A DNA stretch of 64,000 bases, taken from NCBI GenBank assembly GCA_045631445.1, contig JAZQUS010000067.1, positions 9,020 to 73,019 on the forward strand. Direction: 5' to 3'. This DNA is from Eubacteriales bacterium. GTDB lineage: Bacteria; Bacillota; Clostridia; Oscillospirales; CAG-272. The notes below the pieces were generated by a model. That model worked only from the letters and a program-made list of their open reading frames with translations, was not told the origin of the DNA and searched no databases. Below are positions 8,329 through 15,878 of the stretch, in pieces (positions within the stretch are counted from its first letter, which is position 1; each line of letters starts with the position of its first letter). A program made the translations under genes and the position numbers.

Positions 8329-10467
8329 ATGAAGGGAGGGGTTGTTATCAAGTGTATAACAAAAATTCTTGTTGTATTTTTAGCCGTTGCTATTTTAGGA
8401 ACTACTTTCTTGTCCGCATCTGCTATACAGATGTTGAGTAATGAATCTTCTATGATAAAAAGTGCTAACGTTACTACATCCTCTCTTAATTCTACATATA
8501 ATAGTGCATCTAATAAGGTTAGTTCAGCTGTGAAATCTGCAGAAACTAAGCTTTCACAGCTGTATGACCTTGATAAAGAGCTTATTGATTCTTATATTTC
8601 ACAAGCTAAAAGTGAGATAAAGAGGATGGAAACTCTTAAAAGTAATATTTCGAATCTTCTTAATACAAGCCCCAACAGTGCTCAAATAGATACTTTGGTT
8701 GGGCAATTCAACGAAGCAAATGCGCGTGTTAATGAGCTTTGCACTCTCATTAATGTATCATTGATTGAAAGCAAGGTTGTTTCGGCAAGATCTATGTGGT
8801 ATCGCCCCTGCGAAAAAACATATGCCGAAATAAAAGCTAATGTTGAGATGTTTAAATCCATTGGTATTAATCTTATATTCGTTGAAACCTTTTATCATGG
8901 AATGAGTGCATTCAGAAGTGATATTAGTGATATTCCTTATCACACAAGTCTTGCTGGGTCCTATATCGACAACGAAAACAAAATAATGTATGAAGATTAT
9001 CTTTCTGCTTTTGTTGCTTGTTGCGTTGAAAATGGAATTGAAGTGCATGCTTGGGTTGAAAATTTCTACGTTGGAATTAATGCAAACACCAAAATCATTG
9101 TCGAGCATCCCGATTGGATTATGTATAACGATGACGGTACTATTACCCAACGTAAAGAGGGCGGGGCATACATCTTTATTGACCCTGCTAACAAGGATGT
9201 TCAAGATTTGCTTATTGATTACTATAATGAGTTATTCGAGAAGCATCCCGAGGTAAAGGGACTCAATCTTGATTACATTCGCTATCCTGTTTCTAACAAA
9301 ACCACGGATACCGGATTTGCGATTGGGGCAATGAAGGGCTTTTATGAGCTTCTTGGCAAAGAGTTTAATGAAGAACAACTTTCTGACCGAAAGAAGATGT
9401 ATAATAAGTTCAAGCAGTTGTTTGACAAAAATTATCTTTTGGGTGGACAAACCGAAGCCGATTCAAACTACAATAAATGGTGCGAATATCGAACTCAAGT
9501 TATATCTGATTTCGTTTACCGTATTAAAACCGAGGTAAAAGAAACAAACAATATTGTTCTTTCAACCGCCGTGTTTGCTTCGCTTAGCGAATCTATAAAT
9601 TCAAAAAAAGCGGATTGGCAAACTTGGTTTAAAGAGGGATGGATAGAGATAGCTACTCCTATGGCTTATTATTCAACTGCTTCTGCAGTTTTATCCAATG
9701 TGCAATCGATGATTTCGACTGGTGGAAATAAATGTCTTTATTATACGGGTATCGCATCCTCTTATAGTGGATTGCCTGCATATCAAAACAAGGAATTTAT
9801 TGAAGCTTCCTATAAAGCGGGTACTTGCGGATATGTAATATTCTCGGGTGCTCAAATCGTAGGACACAAGGATGTTCAAGACGTGCTTGCAAGCGGAGTA
9901 AATAATAAGTGTGCGGTTTTGCCACACGCTCCTATTGATGAGATACTTAAGGCGAGCTTTGATGATATAATTGATAAGGTCGATAGAATTTACGTTCCCT
10001 CAGGTGAAATGAGTAGCTCTAATAGGGAAGAACTTAAGACAAAATTAGATACTATTTTGCAGATGCCCTATTCCACTCAAGAGGAGATTGCGGAAATATA
10101 TTCCGTTCTTCAAGAATTGAGAGGAGCCTTACAGTCATATGCAACGGGATATTCCTTGCAAAGATTGACTGAAAACGTTGATTATCTTGCAAAAATTATC
10201 AATACAAGATCACTTATGCCCATTGTTGAAGAGGAAATACTTCCTCCTGATGACAACGGAACAAATGACAATGAGGGCGGTGAAACTGATAATGAGGAAG
10301 ATAAAACCGACGACACAACAAATAATGACGGTGTTAATGATGACAACGGCAAAAATGACGAGTCACAGACACAACCGCCTGTAGAAACTCCTGTAAAGAA
10401 AAGCTTTTTTGCTAAGCTTATTGAAGCAATAATGCTTTTCTTTAAAATGCTTTTGGGTTTGGCTTAA
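8329..10467 (+). CDS. surface GHL10 protein (712 aa), tandem paralog of 5161-8310
   Basis: N-terminal hydrophobic segment and coiled coil. The GHL10 domain has long runs identical to the upstream paralog (KMYNKFKQLFDKNYLLGGQ, NGIEVHAWVENFYVGI, CLYYTGIASSYSGLPA). An acidic D/N/T-rich linker precedes the tail FFAKLIEAIMLFFKMLLGLA. The exact start is uncertain because the RBS before 8329 is weak. Confidence 0.75.
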   Translation: MKGGVVIKCITKILVVFLAVAILGTTFLSASAIQMLSNESSMIKSANVTTSSLNSTYNSASNKVSSAVKSAETKLSQLYDLDKELIDSYISQAKSEIKRMETLKSNISNLLNTSPNSAQIDTLVGQFNEANARVNELCTLINVSLIESKVVSARSMWYRPCEKTYAEIKANVEMFKSIGINLIFVETFYHGMSAFRSDISDIPYHTSLAGSYIDNENKIMYEDYLSAFVACCVENGIEVHAWVENFYVGINANTKIIVEHPDWIMYNDDGTITQRKEGGAYIFIDPANKDVQDLLIDYYNELFEKHPEVKGLNLDYIRYPVSNKTTDTGFAIGAMKGFYELLGKEFNEEQLSDRKKMYNKFKQLFDKNYLLGGQTEADSNYNKWCEYRTQVISDFVYRIKTEVKETNNIVLSTAVFASLSESINSKKADWQTWFKEGWIEIATPMAYYSTASAVLSNVQSMISTGGNKCLYYTGIASSYSGLPAYQNKEFIEASYKAGTCGYVIFSGAQIVGHKDVQDVLASGVNNKCAVLPHAPIDEILKASFDDIIDKVDRIYVPSGEMSSSNREELKTKLDTILQMPYSTQEEIAEIYSVLQELRGALQSYATGYSLQRLTENVDYLAKIINTRSLMPIVEEEILPPDDNGTNDNEGGETDNEEDKTDDTTNNDGVNDDNGKNDESQTQPPVETPVKKSFFAKLIEAIMLFFKMLLGLA

Positions 10468-10542
10468 AACCGAAATTCAAATGATTTTCAGATGCTTTGC
10501 ATCTTAAAATAAAAAATTAATTAATACTTAGGAGGTATTACT

Positions 10543-13500
10543 ATGAAGATGTCAAAATTTTTGACAGCCATTGCGTTGATCCTTGTATTGATCGTTGGAT
10601 TAACGGCTTGTAATTTCCCTGGGGTAGAAACTCCCCCAACAACAACATCTACAACCACAACTCCTACGACTACTCCCAATCAGGGTGGTGATCCCACACC
10701 TGATCACGAATGTGAGAGCGTATGTCCTACTTGTGGCTTGTGCTTGAACGCAGAGTGTGCTGAAGCAATTTGCTCAGCTAAGTGTGAAGGACATCAGTCC
10801 ACTCCCACAGAATCCACACCCGTAATCACAGTTTCTCCTGAAAATATTGAAATGAATGCAGGTGAAGAAATTGATTTGATGATTGGTGTTACTGTTTTCG
10901 ATGAACTTGATGAAGAACCTAGACTCATCATCGAAGACGATGACGGTTTTGATGCAGATGTTGAAGGTACTTACACAATCACATACCTTGCTCAGAACAA
11001 GTTTGGCAACACAGCAACAGCTACAAGAACAATCGTAGTTAATAAGGCACTCTCCGCTCTTTCTCTTGAAGTTCAAAAGAATCTTCTTGGTGAATCTAAG
11101 TGGCAGGGAACAATCCTTAGCTTTAAGAATCACGAATATGTAGTTCTTAACGCAAGCGCAACTCTTGACAAGCAGAGCGGTGTATTCTACAATGCATCTT
11201 CTTCCGAAATCACAGTTACAATTTCTAACAGTGACTATGCAGTAGTTGCTATTATCACAGCTAATGGTGTAGTAATTGAAGGTCGTGACGGTGCAAACAA
11301 TAGACTTGTAAATGCATCTAATCCTGTTCGTACTTCAAGTACAGCAAAGCTTGGTGACATTAATAAGGTTGCTGACAACATGGTAATCCCCGCAGGCGGT
11401 TATGCTATCGTAGTTCAGTCCGGTTACGCAGGTACAGGCGTTGACTTTGACGGACGTGGCTTTATGAACTATAACGTAATTGGTACATACGGCAACGTAG
11501 TACGTCTTGTTTGGGCTGATACAGCTGAAGTTCTTACTCCTTACATTGACCAGGCTCCTGTTATTTCCGGTAACGATACAGAAATCGTTGCAGGTAACGG
11601 TTTTGAGCTTTCTACTGGCATTCTTGCAGGCGTAACAGCTAAGGACGATAACGGTACATTTGATCCTTCTGATGACGTAACAGTAGAAATTACTATTGCT
11701 GATGAAGGTGGATTTGATATTTCCCAAAACGGCGTTTACACAATTACTCTTTCTGCTACAGATGGAACACACACAACAACAGCAACTCGTAAGGTTGAAG
11801 TTACAACAAGTGCAGTTGAAGTTGTTGTTAACGGTAATGTTCATACAACAGTAGATAACCTTATCGCAGTAGATAAGGACCTTACAGTTCTTGGTAAATA
11901 CACATTCGTAATTTACACACCTGACTACAAGGGTGGTCTTAACTGGTCCAACGGTTGGGGTGAAGCATTCGTCATCAACCAGTATGGTGAAGTAATCCGT
12001 ATCTACGACGGTGCTAATGGTAAGTATTATGACCTTGAAAATCCTGCAGGTATCGTTGATGCATCTAAGTGCACAGCAGCAGGCTATTTGACAGAAGCAT
12101 TCAACTCTCGTCAGGCAGGTGAATACCTTCTCGTTGCTCCTAACGGTAACGGTAACGTTACAAGATCCTTCTTGCTTGCTAACCGTGTAATCGGTGCGAA
12201 GGTAGTTCTTCCCGGTATTGCATTTGCACACAAGTGCGAAAGCGTTTGCGTTCAGTGCGGACTTTGTCTTGATGCAGAATGCACAGAGGCAGCTTGTGCT
12301 GCAAAGTGCGAAGGTCACGTTCACAACTGTGAAGATATTTGTGAAGTATGTGGAAAATGCACATCTGAATGCGACAACGAAGTTTGCGCAGCTAAATGTG
12401 ACTGTGTAACAGTTGTTGTTAATGGTAAATCTCTTAAGATCCTTGCTGGAACAATCGCTATTGACGAAGCTAAGCCTTCTCTTGGTTCTTACAACTTTGT
12501 AGTTTATACATATGCTTTCAAGGCAGAGAACGAAACTCTTTCTTGGGGCAATGGCTGGTCACAGGCATTTATCCTTAACCAGTACGGTCAGGTAGTTCGT
12601 ATTTACGACGGCGTAAGTGGTGGTAAGTACTTCGATGCTGCTAACAGATCAGGTGTAGCAGGTGTTACTGCTGCAGGCGACACATTGAAAGATGCTTATG
12701 CATCTCTTTCCGAAGGCGAAACACTTATTCTTGGTGCTAACGGTGGTATGAACGGTAACGCAGGCCGTAGCTTCCTTGGTGGTGTTCGTGTAATTGGTGC
12801 TCTTGCAACAATTCCCGGTGTAACATTTGAAGCTCTCCCTGAGCACGCTTGCGAAAGCAAATGTGCAGATTGCGGTAAGTGTATGGATGCAACCTGCATC
12901 ATGCCCGATTGTCTTGCTCAGTGCGCTTGTCACAGATGCGAAAGCGTTTGTGCTAAGTGTAACGGATGCTTGGATCCCGCTTGTACAGAAAAGGCATGTG
13001 AAACAAAGTGCTCTTGCCACGACTGTGAAAGCCTTTGCGCTATCTGCGGCGGATGCAAGGATACAGAATGTACAAATGACGTATGCGCTAAGAAGTGCGT
13101 ATGCACAGACACAAGCGCAAACAAATATTTTGCTATAAACGGTACATTCTTTATGGCAGCTGAAGGCAAGTGGTTGTATAACACACAGTGTGGTAACACA
13201 ACTGAGCCCAAGGCACAGAACTACAGAATGATTATCTTTGATAGAAATTACAAGGGTACATTTACAACAAATAGCTACGGTGTAGCAGTTGTAGTTGACG
13301 GTAACGGCAAGCTCGTTAAGGGTTATGCTTGGGACGGTTACTACACAGCTGAAGGTAAAGCAGCTATCCACTATGCAGTAGGTGACTACGCAACAACAGC
13401 TTTTGCTGAGCTTAAGGCAGGCGAAGTTCTTATTATCTTTGCTAATGACGGTGTAAACGCAGCAGATTCTGCTCGTACATTCGGTAAGTCCCTTTGCGAT

Positions 13501-14163
13501 AACTGGGCAACAACAATGGGTAAGGATGTTGTATTGACAGGTTACACATTCAGCGTTCCTGCTCACGAATGTGATCACGTATGTCCCGCTTGTGGACTTT
13601 GCCTTGATGCAGAGTGCGCAGAAGAGGTTTGCGCTTCTAAGTGCCAGGGACACGCTCACGTTTGCGACAAGGTTTGTGCAACCTGCTTCGGTTGTAAGGA
13701 TGCAGCTTGTGCAGAAGAAGTTTGCGCAACAAAGTGCGGATGCTTGGCAATGACAATCGGCTCTAAGGCATATACAGCAACATCAGGCAAATGGGCATAT
13801 AACCAAGAAATCACAACATCTACTGCTGCTAACAAAGCAATTTGGATTTTTGACAAGAATTACACAGGTAATTTCTCCACAAACGGTTACGGTGTAGCAG
13901 TAGTTCTTGACGCTGCAGGCAAGGTAATAAGAGTTTATGACGGCGCAAATGTTGGTTATTGGTTGCCCGCAGGTAAGCAGGCATCTGCTCATTTCAATGC
14001 AAATACATTTGCAACAGTAGCTTGGTCCGAACTTCAGGAAGGTGAAACACTCGTTGTATTGCCCAACGGTCCTGATGGAAACAAAGCTCGTCAGATTGGT
14101 CTTGATTCCCGTTATCTCTTCAATCAGAAGATGAATCTTGTTAGCCTTACTTATAACAAATAA
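10543..14163 (+). CDS. Cys-rich modular surface lipoprotein (1206 aa)
   Basis: AGGAGG RBS and signal peptide with lipobox LTAC (Cys23), then a T/P-rich linker. Eight copies of a 7-Cys unit lie at 10705-10794, 12229-12405, 12844-13104 and 13564-13743. Two Ig-like (DUF5011-like) segments and about five beta modules (GWGEAFVINQYGEVIRIYDG type) are also present. Confidence 0.8.
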   Translation: MKMSKFLTAIALILVLIVGLTACNFPGVETPPTTTSTTTTPTTTPNQGGDPTPDHECESVCPTCGLCLNAECAEAICSAKCEGHQSTPTESTPVITVSPENIEMNAGEEIDLMIGVTVFDELDEEPRLIIEDDDGFDADVEGTYTITYLAQNKFGNTATATRTIVVNKALSALSLEVQKNLLGESKWQGTILSFKNHEYVVLNASATLDKQSGVFYNASSSEITVTISNSDYAVVAIITANGVVIEGRDGANNRLVNASNPVRTSSTAKLGDINKVADNMVIPAGGYAIVVQSGYAGTGVDFDGRGFMNYNVIGTYGNVVRLVWADTAEVLTPYIDQAPVISGNDTEIVAGNGFELSTGILAGVTAKDDNGTFDPSDDVTVEITIADEGGFDISQNGVYTITLSATDGTHTTTATRKVEVTTSAVEVVVNGNVHTTVDNLIAVDKDLTVLGKYTFVIYTPDYKGGLNWSNGWGEAFVINQYGEVIRIYDGANGKYYDLENPAGIVDASKCTAAGYLTEAFNSRQAGEYLLVAPNGNGNVTRSFLLANRVIGAKVVLPGIAFAHKCESVCVQCGLCLDAECTEAACAAKCEGHVHNCEDICEVCGKCTSECDNEVCAAKCDCVTVVVNGKSLKILAGTIAIDEAKPSLGSYNFVVYTYAFKAENETLSWGNGWSQAFILNQYGQVVRIYDGVSGGKYFDAANRSGVAGVTAAGDTLKDAYASLSEGETLILGANGGMNGNAGRSFLGGVRVIGALATIPGVTFEALPEHACESKCADCGKCMDATCIMPDCLAQCACHRCESVCAKCNGCLDPACTEKACETKCSCHDCESLCAICGGCKDTECTNDVCAKKCVCTDTSANKYFAINGTFFMAAEGKWLYNTQCGNTTEPKAQNYRMIIFDRNYKGTFTTNSYGVAVVVDGNGKLVKGYAWDGYYTAEGKAAIHYAVGDYATTAFAELKAGEVLIIFANDGVNAADSARTFGKSLCDNWATTMGKDVVLTGYTFSVPAHECDHVCPACGLCLDAECAEEVCASKCQGHAHVCDKVCATCFGCKDAACAEEVCATKCGCLAMTIGSKAYTATSGKWAYNQEITTSTAANKAIWIFDKNYTGNFSTNGYGVAVVLDAAGKVIRVYDGANVGYWLPAGKQASAHFNANTFATVAWSELQEGETLVVLPNGPDGNKARQIGLDSRYLFNQKMNLVSLTYNK

Positions 14164-14197
14164 TTTTAAACAATAACACAAAAACAATTTAAAAATA

Positions 14198-14221
14198 TCC
14201 CCATCGCCTTCGGGCGATGGG
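14198..14221 (+). other. GC-rich stem-loop inside the locus (no U tail)
   Basis: CCCCATCGCC-TTCG-GGCGATGGGG, a 10-bp stem with a TTCG loop, lying between the lipoprotein gene and the phosphodiester glycosidase gene. Confidence 0.4.
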
Positions 14222-14241
14222 GCAACAGAGAAGAGAAAAAA

Positions 14242-15843
14242 ATGAAAAAAATATTTACTTCTTTAACAGTTGTAGTAGCATTAGTTCTTTTAATGACTAT
14301 TACAGTTTCCGCTGCTTTTTCTTCAAGCGTGCTTTCTAATCCCTCTTATTCTAAAAATATTGATGGTATTATTTACAAGGAAGCAACAGTTTCTGAGAGC
14401 GGAACACAAAAGATTTTCTACGGTGAGTATAATGCCACAACCGAAGACGCCGAATATGAATGGGTAATTCATAGCATTAGAGATGGTTCAGATACAACAC
14501 TTTCAAATGTTATGAAAATTGCTAAGGACTATGAAGCAAAAACAGGTCGCAAGGTAATGCTCGCAGTAAACGGTGACTATTTCTATAATACAGGCGCGAA
14601 CGTAGATTCCTATGTAAATAACGGTATCGTTATTTCTAAAGGAAATATGGCAAATAAAAATTGCATTGGCTTTGATAATAATGGAAAAGTTGTGATTGGC
14701 AGAATGACTGAAACAGCAATTCGCCTTGTTACTTATGATAAGAACGGTAATTCACAATTTTTCAAGGTTGATAAATTTAATGAACAACCCGCAGAAGGTG
14801 AGATAGCTATTTACAATGCTGCAGGTACATATACAGTTACTAATGCAGGTGCAATGGTGGTTAAAACAGAAGCAACTAACATGACTTCATATCCTCTTTT
14901 GGGTACCGACTCCACCTTGACAGCAACCGGTGTTCAAGAAACAAAGGAATTTACTCTTAAGAGTGGACAGTTTGCAGTTGTTTACACATCTGCTCATAAC
15001 GATGAGTTTGGTAAGCACGCTTACGGTGAAAAGGTTGACCTTGTTGAAGTTCCTGCAGGTGAATTTGCAGGATGCACTTGGGTAGTTGGTGGTTATGATG
15101 CTCTTGTAGACAACTTCGTTGCTAACACAAACTGCCATACAGATAATAGCGGTAATGCCGCAGCTCCTCGTACATTCCTTGGATTTAAGGAAGACGGCAC
15201 AGGCTTTGTTTGTGTAGTTGACGGACGCGGTGCAGGCGGTTCTACAGGTATCACAGTAAATCAGGAAGCACAGCTTGCAAAGGTTCTTGGTGCACAGTTT
15301 GCTCTTGAGCTTGACGGTGGTGGATCTTCCACTATGGTTGTTCGTATCAATGATACTCTAACACTTCGCAACGCTCCTTCCGATGGCTCTATGAGAGCAG
15401 TATCTAATGCCGTGTTGCTTGTTGAAAAGCCCAAGGCAGAGGAATCACACGAGCATAGCTTCGTTGAAGGTAAGTGCGAGTGTGGTGAGACCGACCCCAA
15501 TTATAATTCAGGTTCAAATGAAACTCACGAGCACAAGTGGAGTGCTCCAACATGTACAAGTCCTCGTACATGTGAATGTGGTGAAACACTTGGTGCGGCT
15601 CTTGGACATAAATACTTTGAGGGTGTTTGCACAAGATGTCAAGCAGAGGATCCCGAATACGTAGCTCCTCACGAGCACAGCTTCGTTGAAGGCAAGTGCG
15701 AGTGTGGGGAAGAGGATCCTAATTATCAAGTGGAAGATAATACCAACCCACAGCAGCCCGCTGGAAACCAAAATTCCTTTGCTGCGTGGATTCAAGCTAT
15801 TATCGATGCAATTATTAAGTTTTTTATGGAATTATTTTCCTAA
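14242..15843 (+). CDS. phosphodiester glycosidase family protein (NAGPA/DUF2233-like) with Cys/His repeats and C-terminal hydrophobic tail
   Basis: Signal peptide (LTVVVALVLLMTITVSA). AVNGDYF and ALELDGGGSSTMVV motifs are typical of PF09992. The C-terminal third has HEHSFVEGKCECGE(T/E)DPNY twice, plus related CxxC segments. The tail is FAAWIQAIIDAIIKFFMELFS. Confidence 0.7.
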   Translation: MKKIFTSLTVVVALVLLMTITVSAAFSSSVLSNPSYSKNIDGIIYKEATVSESGTQKIFYGEYNATTEDAEYEWVIHSIRDGSDTTLSNVMKIAKDYEAKTGRKVMLAVNGDYFYNTGANVDSYVNNGIVISKGNMANKNCIGFDNNGKVVIGRMTETAIRLVTYDKNGNSQFFKVDKFNEQPAEGEIAIYNAAGTYTVTNAGAMVVKTEATNMTSYPLLGTDSTLTATGVQETKEFTLKSGQFAVVYTSAHNDEFGKHAYGEKVDLVEVPAGEFAGCTWVVGGYDALVDNFVANTNCHTDNSGNAAAPRTFLGFKEDGTGFVCVVDGRGAGGSTGITVNQEAQLAKVLGAQFALELDGGGSSTMVVRINDTLTLRNAPSDGSMRAVSNAVLLVEKPKAEESHEHSFVEGKCECGETDPNYNSGSNETHEHKWSAPTCTSPRTCECGETLGAALGHKYFEGVCTRCQAEDPEYVAPHEHSFVEGKCECGEEDPNYQVEDNTNPQQPAGNQNSFAAWIQAIIDAIIKFFMELFS

Positions 15844-15878
15844 AAAATAAATTAAATTAACTCATAAGGAGAAACAAA

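Noticed and set aside
11335-13659. Two long minus-strand ORFs (11335-12324, 329 aa; 12649-13659, 336 aa), both very Cys-rich.
   Set aside because: They lie antisense to the well-supported 1206-aa lipoprotein gene and have no RBS or family resemblance. Their Cys richness mirrors the GCA/ACA-rich sense codons. They are frame artefacts of a stop-poor antisense strand.
10705-13743. Reading the C-x2-C-x2-C cores of the 7-Cys units as ferredoxin-like 4Fe-4S motifs.
   Set aside because: The spacing of the remaining cysteines does not match CxxCxxCxxxCP. The protein also has a Sec/lipoprotein signal without a twin-arginine motif, making export of a folded Fe-S protein unlikely. Zn-binding or disulfide roles remain open.
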